64,000 nucleotides of DNA, taken from the IMG/VR virus record IMGVR_UViG_3300023213_000238; one strand, given 5' to 3'. The DNA comes from a virus. The notes beneath the pieces are model-generated. The model was not told where the DNA came from, did not search any database, and was given only the letters and a program-made list of their open reading frames with translations. Below, in pieces: positions 35,551 through 44,836 of this stretch. A program made the translations under genes and the position numbers. Each line of letters opens with the position of its first letter. The stretch's first letter is position 1.

Positions 35551-35826
35551 TCACACCATCGTTCCGGAGCGCTTTATCTCGATCCCGAGCTGATTGAAGA
35601 ATTCGTAGATCCGTGCGTGGACCCACGCGCGCGTTTCAAAGAAGGCGCGATTTTTTGCCGCGACGATCTGGCCTTCGAGTGGCGTGCTCGCGAGTGCGGT
35701 CAAGATCAGCTCGCGCACCGCGATTTGCTTACTGTCGATGCCTGCATCGCGTTGGTACTGCTCGACCGCAGCGTTGACGTCCGGATCGAGGGTCAGATTG
35801 AAGGAACGCGTGGAGGTCCTAGCCAT
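35551..35826 (-). CDS. RHH-like DNA-binding protein
   Basis: RSFNLTLDPDVNAAVEQY..SKQIAVRELILTAL. Confidence 0.55.
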   Translation of the reverse strand: MARTSTRSFNLTLDPDVNAAVEQYQRDAGIDSKQIAVRELILTALASTPLEGQIVAAKNRAFFETRAWVHARIYEFFNQLGIEIKRSGTMV

Positions 35827-36148
35827 GATCGGCCTCGATCAGATCGCGAAGCTCTTGCCAGGCTCGCCTGTAGTCAGGTGCGGTGGTCGGGCAAGCGAGA
35901 CTCGCATAGGACCACATCACTTCGACGTCGGCTTCCATTTGGCGCTGCAACGCGTCAAGACGCTTCACGGCCGCAATCAGGCCATCTGCCCGCCGGCAGC
36001 CTATGATCGGCTCAACGATCGGCACCCGCTGCCTGATCCACTTCCGGGTGGTTCTGATCATCAGGAGGATACCACCACCGAGCCCGAGCAGACCCAGGAC
36101 GCTGTTGGCGATGGTCAGGGCTACTACAAGGTCCTTGGCTGGCGGCAC
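35819..36148 (-). CDS. membrane-anchored hypothetical protein
   Basis: N-terminal TM followed by helices. Confidence 0.5.
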   Translation of the reverse strand: MPPAKDLVVALTIANSVLGLLGLGGGILLMIRTTRKWIRQRVPIVEPIIGCRRADGLIAAVKRLDALQRQMEADVEVMWSYASLACPTTAPDYRRAWQELRDLIEADHG

Positions 36149-36155
36149 GCGTACT

Positions 36156-36176
36156 CTTAAGGGGAAATCCCTTAAG
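36156..36176. promoter_or_regulatory. perfect 8-bp palindrome CTTAAGGG-N5-CCCTTAAG, operator candidate
   Basis: Intergenic, directly downstream of a minus-strand TTGACT (36178-36183). Confidence 0.45.
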
Positions 36177-36186
36177 CAGTCAAGAT

Positions 36187-36528
36187 CTAATCGCGATCGG
36201 ATAGCTCATCGACCTCAGCGTAGAGGCGCTCGACCTCTTCGATCAGGAAGCGTGTCTCTTCTAGCGTAAGGAATCGGTTACCGTGAGCAGATCCGGCCTT
36301 GGCTGCTATCTCTGCGAACCGGGAGCGCCGATCTTTGTCCCAAGCATTGGCGTCAGCACAGTGACCAGAGGCACACCCCCAGGCCGGCGCCTTCTGGCTA
36401 GTGGTCGCAGGAGTAGGCTCGGAAGGGGCAGGCTTGGCCGGGCGCGCGTTTTTCCAGTCGATCCGGTCGTACCCACGGCGGTACTCCTCGGTGGTCGGTT
36501 TCTGGCTCTCGTCGATCTTGCTGAACAT
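36187..36528 (-). CDS. hypothetical protein
   Basis: Start moved to MFSKIDES (AGAGGA SD). Confidence 0.5.
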   Translation of the reverse strand: MFSKIDESQKPTTEEYRRGYDRIDWKNARPAKPAPSEPTPATTSQKAPAWGCASGHCADANAWDKDRRSRFAEIAAKAGSAHGNRFLTLEETRFLIEEVERLYAEVDELSDRD

Positions 36529-36650
36529 GCTGGGTCCTCTCTGACAAAGCTGCGCGGATGTGCAGTCTTGGAGGGTTTTCTTTTTTGGGGCATGGCTCCG
36601 CCCGACCCGGAAATAAACGGGTTCGAGAGAGCGAACGGCCCGTTGGAGCA

Positions 36651-36679
36651 TGCATAGCGCAGGAGCGTAGCGCTGTCAA
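36651..36679 (-). promoter_or_regulatory. sigma70-like promoter
   Basis: TTGACA-17nt-TATGCA on the minus strand. Confidence 0.45.
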
Positions 36680-36892
36680 CTTTTCGATCGCCGAGTTCGC
36701 ACCATTTGCGAACTGCAAACGCAAAAATCGCAATGTGGTGTAGAGGCTACACTTTCAAAGCCAGGTGGTTCCCGATCGCAAAATTGAAATTGCAAGTAGT
36801 ACCGGTTCCCTCTCCGCGCCTTTTCTATAAAGGCGCGCGGGAACCGGGTACCAGTGGTTCCCTAAGTGGTTCCGGAACCAGCTGGGAACCAC

Positions 36893-38032
36893 CTAACCGA
36901 CCTGCCCGTTCTGACCTTGATCGGCAAGGAAGTGCTTCCCGTTCTTCCGAAGAAGCCCCTCCTCGACTAATTGACGCCATGCGGCAAGGAAAGCGGTGCG
37001 CTTCCCGCCGAGCTTCTCGAGCGCATCGTTCGCGCTGGTGAATTCGCCGGTCGGCGCCATCTGGAGGATCTTCGCTCGAGAGAGCAAGACTGGATCAGGT
37101 TTTCCCTGAATTTCCTCCCCTCCGTCCTCGTCTTCATTCTCCCGCCGCTGTGGTGCCTCCGCGACCTTCCAGGTTACCGAATCGGCCGAATGCACCTGAC
37201 CTTTTTCATCGTAGATCACGTTGCGGAGATCCAGCTCGAGGCTTAAGCTATTACCCATCCCGGCGAATGCCTTCCGCTTGGGCATGTGCAGATCGAACCT
37301 GAGCAATTTCGGGTCCGGAGACTCTCGCTTTATTGTCTCCAGGATCACCTCTGCATCACCGCTGATCGCGCTCGAACCACGCATGTGCTTGAGTGAGCCC
37401 TGCTTTGCGCCGAAGGCCGGCTTGTTGACATGATGTCCAAACGAGATCGAAGTCAGAGGTGAGCAGAGCCGCACCTTCTTGTAGAAGTTCTGAAGGATCT
37501 TCATGTCCTTCGCGTTGTTCTCGTCGCCCGCGTGGACGTTGTGAAGCGGATCGATCACGATCAGCGCAATGTCGTCGACCGGCAAGATATTGGTCACTAG
37601 ATCCTTGATCCACTCATCCGAATCCACGCGGAACCCGCGGCAGTGATAGGTGAGGATGTCCGAATTCATCCGCGCTCCGAGAATGTCGCCGCGCTGCGCG
37701 AGATCGAACGCCTGACCTTCCTCCTCTATAAGGAGCACGTTCCCGCTCTTCGTTGGGTAGTGCCCGAGGAAAGGGGAACCGTGAGCGACCGAGATCGCCA
37801 TGTCCATCAAGAGCCAGGTTTTGCCGGCGCCCGGCTCACCCTGAACGAAGCAGAGGTCTCCGCGACAGAGGAACCCCTCGATCTGAACGTTCGGGGGCGG
37901 CGCGAGCCGGCGGAATTCGCCCCAGAGAAGGCCGCCGCCCGGCCGGTCGCGAATCCGGAGAGGTTCATGCGAAATGGCATCTTGCCGATCTGCTATCCGA
38001 TGCAGCTCGGGAACGTCATCGAAGCCTTTCAG
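36893..38032 (-). CDS. AAA_25/RepA-like SF4-type replicative helicase, probable CTG start
   Basis: Walker A GEPGAGKT lies upstream of the ORF-track start; LLIEEE, Walker B IVIDPL, HHVNK, MRGSSAI; GGAG-6nt-CTG at 38032. Confidence 0.8.
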   Translation of the reverse strand: MKGFDDVPELHRIADRQDAISHEPLRIRDRPGGGLLWGEFRRLAPPPNVQIEGFLCRGDLCFVQGEPGAGKTWLLMDMAISVAHGSPFLGHYPTKSGNVLLIEEEGQAFDLAQRGDILGARMNSDILTYHCRGFRVDSDEWIKDLVTNILPVDDIALIVIDPLHNVHAGDENNAKDMKILQNFYKKVRLCSPLTSISFGHHVNKPAFGAKQGSLKHMRGSSAISGDAEVILETIKRESPDPKLLRFDLHMPKRKAFAGMGNSLSLELDLRNVIYDEKGQVHSADSVTWKVAEAPQRRENEDEDGGEEIQGKPDPVLLSRAKILQMAPTGEFTSANDALEKLGGKRTAFLAAWRQLVEEGLLRKNGKHFLADQGQNGQVG

Positions 38033-38073
38033 TTTTCGCTCCGTCGACTGCGAAGTTAGATGCTACCGCGTAC

Positions 38074-38155
38074 CTTATACAGGTGCGCGCGAGCACGATC
38101 AAAAATTCGAACGCGCGAGAAAAAACTTGACGTGCGCTCTATGATGCGCCATTGT
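38074..38155. promoter_or_regulatory. divergent sigma70-like promoter pair at the strand switch
   Basis: Minus: TTGATC(38102-38097)-17-TATAAG(38079-38074); plus: TTGACG(38127-38132)-17-CATTGT(38150-38155). Confidence 0.55.
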
Positions 38156-38163
38156 GCGCGCGC

Positions 38164-38646
38164 ATGGAAACTCCCGGCTTCGAGCAGCAAGTCCTCTTCA
38201 GCGCAGCATTTGACGAGCGAAGTCACGATCCTCGAAAGAATTACGGTGTTCACGGTTTCGAGATCAGACTGATCCTAAAAGGTCCGCAGGGCGCCGTCGA
38301 TCTCCGGATCAATACTGGTTGGCTGCTCCCCGAGACCATCGGCGTCAAGCCGGAGAATCAGGGCGGCTATCCGCTGCTAGATTACGGCAAATTCCTTTGT
38401 TCGTATTACGGTCACGGTCAACTGAGTTATCCGAGTCCTCGAGATCTCGGCTATCACTCACCGAAGCCGCGCTACGAAGGACAGGAGCTTGCTACAGAAG
38501 ATTGTCAGTGGGTCGAAGGCGGTCGCTGCTACAGCGACGCGAGCGGCCTTCAAGGCTGGGAACCCTTCGATCAGTTGCTGCGAAGCGGCGACGAAGTTTG
38601 GAATTGGTTGATCCGATACTACACTGAGCTGTTCGGAGTTCTCTAA
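38164..38646 (+). CDS. hypothetical protein
   Basis: First gene of the plus-strand operon; start moved to ATG 38164. Confidence 0.6.
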   Translation: METPGFEQQVLFSAAFDERSHDPRKNYGVHGFEIRLILKGPQGAVDLRINTGWLLPETIGVKPENQGGYPLLDYGKFLCSYYGHGQLSYPSPRDLGYHSPKPRYEGQELATEDCQWVEGGRCYSDASGLQGWEPFDQLLRSGDEVWNWLIRYYTELFGVL

Positions 38647-38648
38647 AG

Positions 38649-40562
38649 GTGCCGTCTCTCATCAGCGCATCAATCGATCGCATCTCCGGCTGGGTCGATC
38701 TCCGATTCCCATACTCGAGGTCCACGATTGCTCGACTGAAGGAGCTGCCGGGCTCGCAGTGGAACGCTGAAGAGAAGATCTGGCGCGTCCCGCTCAATAG
38801 CTGGGACGGAGTTCTAAAGAAGGAGTTCAAACACCGCGAGGACAAGCACGTCTGGCGCGACGTTCGTGTACCGGAGCGCCTCAAAGCGCGCTTGCGTCCG
38901 TATCAGTATGAGTGCGTTCAGTGGATGCTCGCGCATGGCGGATTCCTCTCCACGATGGACCCGAGAACTGGTAAGACGCCGGTCGCGATCGCAGCCGCAG
39001 CTGCACTGTTCGAAGCTCAGCAGATCGATGCTGTATTGATCCTCTATCCGAATGCGGCCTACGAGTGGCCGAAGCAGGTCAAGGACTGGGCCGGCGTGAA
39101 TCTCTATCGGCTGATCGGTCGCGCGCCGCTAACCGATACAGACGTGGCCGCATTGAGAGCGCGGGGCCAACTCTGGCTTGGATGTCATTACGAGATTCTC
39201 GCGGAGCGTGAGGAGCAGATCCACAAGATCCTTGTCGGCAAACGATTCGCGCTCATCGCCGATGAGATCCACCTCTGTAAGCGTCACGACAGCAGCTGGG
39301 GGGCCGCGCTCCTTCGCCTCGCAAAAGCTCGCGGTGCCGCAGATCTCGGTACGAAAGAAGAGCCGCGCCTGATCGTTTCTGGCTTCGTTCAAGCGCAATA
39401 TGGCCTCACCGGTACACCGATGAGAAATCGGCCGAAGGATCTTTGGGTGCTCTTCGAATTCTGCACACCAGGCGGTGGCGGTTACAGATCTCGATTCGCG
39501 AAGGCCTACTGCGATGGACATAAAGAGGATCTTGATGGCAATCGCATCGATGATGATGACGAAGCCGGATTCTGGAAGGACAATGGAAGCTCGAATGAAA
39601 AAGAATTGGCCGCACGCTTCGCCGCGATCAGCTACAGGAAGACGCGAGCCGAGGTCGCTGAATACTTGGGCAAAGCTGACACGAAGTTGATCTTCTGCGA
39701 GATGCTCGCGGATGAGCTGCGACGCTACCGCCAGATTGAGCGCGCGATCGATCGCGGTATCATGATGGCTGGCCTCGAAGAGGCCGAACCATCCGGCGCC
39801 GTTCGCGAACAGCTCGAGCTGCTAACGCGGGCGACCGCAGGGGCCAAGATCCGCACTGCACTCGAGCGTGTCCAGTTTCATCTTGACCGCGGAGTGAAGG
39901 TGATTTGCTTCGCCCATTTCCACGAGCCGCTCGAGATGCTCTATGCGGAGTACGAACGGTTATGGAACACGCAGGAGAAAGAACGCTCCGACTTTCCAGC
40001 CGTGTTCTGCGCTGGCGGCTGGCTCGTTAGCGAGAAGCGGAAGGAAGTTATCAAAGCTTGGAAAGAGCACAACGGCCCTGCGGTACTTCTCGCCAATACG
40101 ATGTCGAGCGGCATCGGGATCGACTTGAGTGAAGCGGAGGTCGGGATCTTCCTTCAGCTTACCTGGGTGCCGGCCGATTTCTTACAGGCGATGGCGCGAC
40201 TCGACGATATCCATCTCGGGAAGCGGAAAGTGCCGGCACTGTTCGAGCTGCTCGTGGTCAAGCATACGATCGATGAGGCGATGGGAGCCAAGCTCCTCAC
40301 GAAGTTCGCCACCATTGATAAGGTGATCGGAGCCGATCAGTCGGCCGCGGGCCTCTCCGGGACGCTCGAGCAGAGCGGTCTCGTGCCTATCGGAGCGCTC
40401 GGCCTCTCGAACAAGGCCGACCCAGAAGTTGTCAAAGCCGCCCTTTCTGATCTAGTCTCGCGCTGGTCCAACGAAAAAGAAGGCGACGTGATCGACATGC
40501 AAGAGCGACTTGCCGCCGAATTGAGCAACCTCGAAGTAGAGTACGAAGGAGCAAAATCATGA
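38649..40562 (+). CDS. SNF2-family (SF2) helicase with HARP-like N-terminus
   Basis: LRPYQ, DPRTGKT, DEIH, LTGTPMRN.PKDLW, GIGIDL, QAMAR. Confidence 0.9.
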   Translation: MPSLISASIDRISGWVDLRFPYSRSTIARLKELPGSQWNAEEKIWRVPLNSWDGVLKKEFKHREDKHVWRDVRVPERLKARLRPYQYECVQWMLAHGGFLSTMDPRTGKTPVAIAAAAALFEAQQIDAVLILYPNAAYEWPKQVKDWAGVNLYRLIGRAPLTDTDVAALRARGQLWLGCHYEILAEREEQIHKILVGKRFALIADEIHLCKRHDSSWGAALLRLAKARGAADLGTKEEPRLIVSGFVQAQYGLTGTPMRNRPKDLWVLFEFCTPGGGGYRSRFAKAYCDGHKEDLDGNRIDDDDEAGFWKDNGSSNEKELAARFAAISYRKTRAEVAEYLGKADTKLIFCEMLADELRRYRQIERAIDRGIMMAGLEEAEPSGAVREQLELLTRATAGAKIRTALERVQFHLDRGVKVICFAHFHEPLEMLYAEYERLWNTQEKERSDFPAVFCAGGWLVSEKRKEVIKAWKEHNGPAVLLANTMSSGIGIDLSEAEVGIFLQLTWVPADFLQAMARLDDIHLGKRKVPALFELLVVKHTIDEAMGAKLLTKFATIDKVIGADQSAAGLSGTLEQSGLVPIGALGLSNKADPEVVKAALSDLVSRWSNEKEGDVIDMQERLAAELSNLEVEYEGAKS

Positions 40563-41623
40563 GAGCGATCTGTTTAGCAGTAACCCTTTTCGTTTCAAGC
40601 GCTTTAGCAGGTGGCTGGGAGTCGCTAGCACCGCTACCTGTCGGTCGGTCCGTGGGTGCTTTGGTCATCGCCAATAGAGTTGACAGTCATAGGATCTACA
40701 TGCTCGGCGGATTCCGCGGTAACGGAATCGTTGATCCGTCTGGCTACACTGGCGACATCGAAAGGTTCGACGTTCTACCCGATAAGACCTTGTCAGGTCC
40801 GGTGCTTGCCGGCAAACTTCCCGACAATATCGGTTGGGGAAATGGTGGCGCGATCATCGCGGGCGGGTACATCTATTACCTGTCAGGCGACGGTCTTAAA
40901 GATCCAACCAGCTACGTCTTCTCCGCCCCCGTCAATGTAGATGGCACGATCGGGCCTTTCAAGCTGCTTTCGACATTCACAGGGAATTCAATGGCGCGGC
41001 GAGCGTTTGTCACGGCTGATCCCTACTATCCTTTCATCTATATCCTAGGGGCGGATAGCCCGACGACCTACGAATCCTATGTCGCTCAGCTAGGACCCAA
41101 CGGGACTCTCCTTAAAGATTTCCATCTACTCAAAGCGCCGCTTCCGCGGGCCGGAATGTCTGGCGCCATCGCGGGGATGGGCGATGGGTACCTTTACTTT
41201 GCAGGCGGCGTGGCCACTGATACGGCAGGCAGTAGTAGCGTAATCTCGCAAGTATATTCTTCCAACGTTGATTCCGTGACGGGAGAGTTGAACTGGGTCT
41301 CTGCCGGGGCGAACATGCTTGAACCGCGGCAACGCTTTGGAGGGATCCCATTCATCGACATCAACATCAATAGACTCTTTTGGATCGGCGGTTGTAACGG
41401 CAAAGACATTTCTACAACCACCAATTCAGTCGAGGTCCAATTCTTCGCGAATGGTTACATCACTCCGTCGGGCTACATCAACTCGCTGTCTGTAGCGATC
41501 TGCGATGTTCGGTCGGTGCTCTATTCTGTCAATGCGGTTCAGAACCCGGAAATTTTCGTACTCGGCGGCACCGACAAAAGCGGGCAAGCGGTCACCAACG
41601 TCCAATCACTAGATCTATACTGA
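40559..41623 (+). CDS. exported Kelch-repeat beta-propeller protein
   Basis: Signal peptide ..SSALA-GG; repeats IYMLGG, YIYYLSG, YLYFAGG, LFWIGG, IFVLGG. Confidence 0.75.
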   Translation: MRAICLAVTLFVSSALAGGWESLAPLPVGRSVGALVIANRVDSHRIYMLGGFRGNGIVDPSGYTGDIERFDVLPDKTLSGPVLAGKLPDNIGWGNGGAIIAGGYIYYLSGDGLKDPTSYVFSAPVNVDGTIGPFKLLSTFTGNSMARRAFVTADPYYPFIYILGADSPTTYESYVAQLGPNGTLLKDFHLLKAPLPRAGMSGAIAGMGDGYLYFAGGVATDTAGSSSVISQVYSSNVDSVTGELNWVSAGANMLEPRQRFGGIPFIDININRLFWIGGCNGKDISTTTNSVEVQFFANGYITPSGYINSLSVAICDVRSVLYSVNAVQNPEIFVLGGTDKSGQAVTNVQSLDLY

Positions 41624-42054
41624 TGAGAAAAGACCCGGAAATTTTGTTCGCTGCGACCCTCCAGGATGGTCGCATTCGAATCGTCAATAGGCGCTTCCCT
41701 CCTTCACCGGACGACGAGGGCAGAGAGGAACCGCGCGAACTCTTAACGGTGGAGCGATCAGTCACCACTGCGGCGCTCGGCGAACCAGTCTGGCACAACG
41801 CAGTGAAGCTGATCCGCGACACGGAACCGGTGACGGAGTATGGGAAATACGCCTCGAGCCCGTCGAGTCGAGCACGGATGGATCTCGAGTTGTTGATCTA
41901 CGACCTCGCATACGCCTTCATTAAGGAACGGACAGAGAAAGAGCAGATCAAGGCGCGGCTCTTTGACAAGCTCGCCGAGTGGTTCAAGGCGAACCATCCG
42001 CTGTTCGGTTACAATATCGCATCGAAGATAGAGGAGCTTGCGACGAAGCTGTGA
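41623..42054 (+). CDS. hypothetical protein
   Basis: TGATG overlap. Confidence 0.55.
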   Translation: MRKDPEILFAATLQDGRIRIVNRRFPPSPDDEGREEPRELLTVERSVTTAALGEPVWHNAVKLIRDTEPVTEYGKYASSPSSRARMDLELLIYDLAYAFIKERTEKEQIKARLFDKLAEWFKANHPLFGYNIASKIEELATKL

Positions 42055-42058
42055 TCTC

Positions 42059-42934
42059 ATGCTTCACTCTCTCATAGATGCCGGATTTCAGTTCGGATGC
42101 GTCGTCGCGGATCCTCCGTGGCGCTTCGACAACACGTCGACCCGCGGGGCCGCGGAGGATCATTACGAAACGCTCTCTCCTGAAGATCTCTTTGCGATGC
42201 CGGTCAAGCTGATTGCCGCGGAGAACGCGCATCTCTATCTCTGGACGACGGATAGTCATCTCCCGACGGCGCTGACAGTGATGATGGCCTGGGACTTTGA
42301 TTTCAAGCAAACGATCTCCTGGGTGAAGACAAAGGGTGCCTACCTACTCGAGATGCCGAAATTGCAGATCGGGCTTGGGAACTACTTTCGCCATTCGCAC
42401 GAGCTTTGCCTCTTTGGCGTTCGCGGTAAGGCGCCCGCGCGCGCGCACAATCTTCCCTCTGTAATTTTTGCCCCGCGTGGTCAGCACTCGGCGAAGCCAG
42501 AAACGCTTCAAGACTTCGCCGAGCAACTCTCGCCTGGTCCCTACTGTGAACTGTTCGCGCGGAGGCCGCGCGATCACTGGACGACCTGGGGCCGCGTCGA
42601 GGCAGGCAAACCACTTCTTAGCGTTACTGTTGGATCGGAGATAGCAATGGCAGAGCAGGAGAAAGTTGAGCCCGAAGGTCAGGTGGAAGAGTGGAAACCC
42701 GGCAAGGGATTCGAACAGGTCTCGCCAGCGTCAGAAGCGCCGAAGCGAGTACGTAGACCCCGCAAGAAGAAAGGTGCCGATGCTCAAACAGAGCAAAAAC
42801 CCGAGCCCGCCGCGCTCCGGATCATACGCCATCATCTCGATAGCGCTGCCGCAGTCGCTGTCACGCAGCGCGAGCCTGCGCCTGGTGAGTTCTACGAAGA
42901 GCGACCGCCAGGTCCGCCTGACGATCTTCCATGA
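42059..42934 (+). CDS. MT-A70 family N6-adenine methyltransferase with a charged C-terminal extension
   Basis: ADPPW, LYLWTT, WVKT, GNYFR..HELCLFG, HSAKP, ELFAR. Confidence 0.9.
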   Translation: MLHSLIDAGFQFGCVVADPPWRFDNTSTRGAAEDHYETLSPEDLFAMPVKLIAAENAHLYLWTTDSHLPTALTVMMAWDFDFKQTISWVKTKGAYLLEMPKLQIGLGNYFRHSHELCLFGVRGKAPARAHNLPSVIFAPRGQHSAKPETLQDFAEQLSPGPYCELFARRPRDHWTTWGRVEAGKPLLSVTVGSEIAMAEQEKVEPEGQVEEWKPGKGFEQVSPASEAPKRVRRPRKKKGADAQTEQKPEPAALRIIRHHLDSAAAVAVTQREPAPGEFYEERPPGPPDDLP

Positions 42935-43221
42935 AGATGGATCTTTTCAGTTTATTGGCTCTCTCGATCAACAAGCTTGCTAAAGAAGCTCTCGAGCGCC
43001 TCGACAAACTCGATGAGGTGCAAGTTGCTTATGTCGAGAAGCGCCTCGCTGAACTGATTCAGACCCATAAGCTGGACCTCGGTGCTCTCCAGCTCGCTCT
43101 CATTTGGAAACTTTCCGAGAAAGATATGTCGGCCAGAGTGCGCCGTCGGCTCGAGAAGCTTCATCAGATCGTGATCAATGCGGTCGAGCAGCAGGAAAAG
43201 TTGAAACGGCATTCTGAATAG
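42931..43221 (+). CDS. hypothetical helical protein
   Basis: ATGA overlap. Confidence 0.5.
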   Translation: MKMDLFSLLALSINKLAKEALERLDKLDEVQVAYVEKRLAELIQTHKLDLGALQLALIWKLSEKDMSARVRRRLEKLHQIVINAVEQQEKLKRHSE

Positions 43222-43236
43222 GGCAGAAGTGACGCC

Positions 43237-43404
43237 ATGCGAGAAGAGCCTAAGCACGGGATCGAAGCGGCCTACTACGCAAATGGCCCGGAAGGTTTTA
43301 TTCCCCATCTCGAGTGCTGCTGCGGTTGGATCACTTCTCGATCTGTCTTTAACTGGGAAGACGCCGGAGCAGAATTCGACGCGCATTTGAAAGAGACCAA
43401 GTGA
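43237..43404 (+). CDS. small hypothetical protein (55 aa)
   Basis: MREEPKHG..ECCCGW..FDAHLKETK; stop overlaps the next GTG. Confidence 0.45.
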   Translation: MREEPKHGIEAAYYANGPEGFIPHLECCCGWITSRSVFNWEDAGAEFDAHLKETK

Positions 43405-44369
43405 CCTCTCCGATTCTTCCAGCGCCAACCTCCGGAGTGCTCTTTGCTCAAGCGACCACCGAGCTGCCGATGATCCGGTACGTGATTCCGATCTCGGTCG
43501 ATGAGATCTTGAGCACGGGCGCGAGCGAGGAAGGTCACACAGCGACAAGCCGGAGGATTCTCTGTCCCGAGTATGCGCGCCTCGTCGAATCTGGCGTGCG
43601 CCGTAAACGCTTCGAGACGCCGATTTCGTTGGAGCCTGATTACCTCGCATGGGGCTCGATTATCCATGCGATCAGGGCGGTCCGGATTGTCCACGGGCAT
43701 CCTCGAGCACTCCAACTGATCAGTGACCTCGATCTCTGCAACGAGGACAAGATCAAGCTCCTCACGATGTGGAAGGTCTACGAGTCTCTCTTTCCAGTCG
43801 CCGAGGAGGCGTATGCGCCTCAAGGTTTGCCGTGGCCTTTCCGTTACCTTGGAATAGAAACTGAGGTCTGGACTGATCTCGGCGACGGGTACGGCGGGCC
43901 GCTACTGAAGTCGGTCCGTTACGATTCGGTCATTGCGCCACTAGATGGTAGCGGCGTGGTCTACTCCTTTGAGTGCAAGACCTCGTCGCGCTCTGGGCAG
44001 GGCGCTCTTGCCGCATATCGAACTCAGTTCGCCACGCAAACCACTATCTGGAATCGCAACGAGGCTCTCGTCGCCAAGTATGGTCCCATGAAGGGCGTGA
44101 TCGCCGATATGATCGTGAAGACCGAAGTACCGAAGATCGATCGGCTCGGACCGTTCTACTGCGGAGAACTCTGGGAGCAACGGATAACCGAATTCAACCG
44201 ACTTATCTCGCCGAATCCGCAGCGATCGCAGGTGGTCTTGCGACCGAATCTCGACGGTACTTATCCGCGCTTTCTGACAGCGTGCTTTGGCAAGTACCGG
44301 CCGTGCGAATTCTTAGATTACTGCTGGGAAGATGCGCAAGGAGCTTATGAAGTCAGACGAAAAATTTGA
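43401..44369 (+). CDS. PD-(D/E)XK exonuclease (Cas4/RecB-like)
   Basis: GIETEV, RYDSV, FECKT, Q..Q, C-terminal C..C..C. Confidence 0.75.
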   Translation: MTSPILPAPTSGVLFAQATTELPMIRYVIPISVDEILSTGASEEGHTATSRRILCPEYARLVESGVRRKRFETPISLEPDYLAWGSIIHAIRAVRIVHGHPRALQLISDLDLCNEDKIKLLTMWKVYESLFPVAEEAYAPQGLPWPFRYLGIETEVWTDLGDGYGGPLLKSVRYDSVIAPLDGSGVVYSFECKTSSRSGQGALAAYRTQFATQTTIWNRNEALVAKYGPMKGVIADMIVKTEVPKIDRLGPFYCGELWEQRITEFNRLISPNPQRSQVVLRPNLDGTYPRFLTACFGKYRPCEFLDYCWEDAQGAYEVRRKI

Positions 44370-44508
44370 ATCGTGTCCCAAATGTGGTAGTACCCGTTTC
44401 GTGATTCGCTATATCGCCCACGAGACCGCGCGGATCTGTGCCTCCTGTGGTTTCAAATGGACCGAAGAAACTTCGGACGAACTGGAAAAGAAGTATGATG
44501 ACCGCTGA
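44347..44508 (+). CDS. zinc-ribbon protein (53 aa)
   Basis: CPKCGS..ICASCGFKW; not in ORF track. Confidence 0.55.
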   Translation: MKSDEKFESCPKCGSTRFVIRYIAHETARICASCGFKWTEETSDELEKKYDDR

Positions 44509-44836
44509 GGCAACGCGCTCAACCGAAGAGGGGATGGCGCTTTTGAGGCGTCATAGAGCTGAACTCATTGCAGCAGGGCAGCAGATCGCGCGTTTTCTCG
44601 CGGAAATCAATGGCACTGTTCATAGTCGCGCTGTTCGAGATGAGATGGAACGTCGCGGGCTTCTAAACGGAGACGGATCTGAATGCTGGCTCGGAGCCGT
44701 CTTCAATGGTAAGAACAGCGGTCTCGAATGGACCGGACATTGGTACCGCTACACAGTAAAGAACAACAACCGGAACATTCACGAGAAGCACATCAAGATC
44801 TGGCGATTGAAAGGAGAAAATCGCGATGGGCAGTAA
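44495..44836 (+). CDS. hypothetical protein (winged-helix-like)
   Basis: Start uncertain. Confidence 0.5.
   Translation: MMTAEATRSTEEGMALLRRHRAELIAAGQQIARFLAEINGTVHSRAVRDEMERRGLLNGDGSECWLGAVFNGKNSGLEWTGHWYRYTVKNNNRNIHEKHIKIWRLKGENRDGQ

Noticed and set aside
43401-44369. Cas4 as part of a CRISPR system
   Set aside because: No other cas genes or array; the exonuclease-Sak4-SSB context indicates a phage recombination module.
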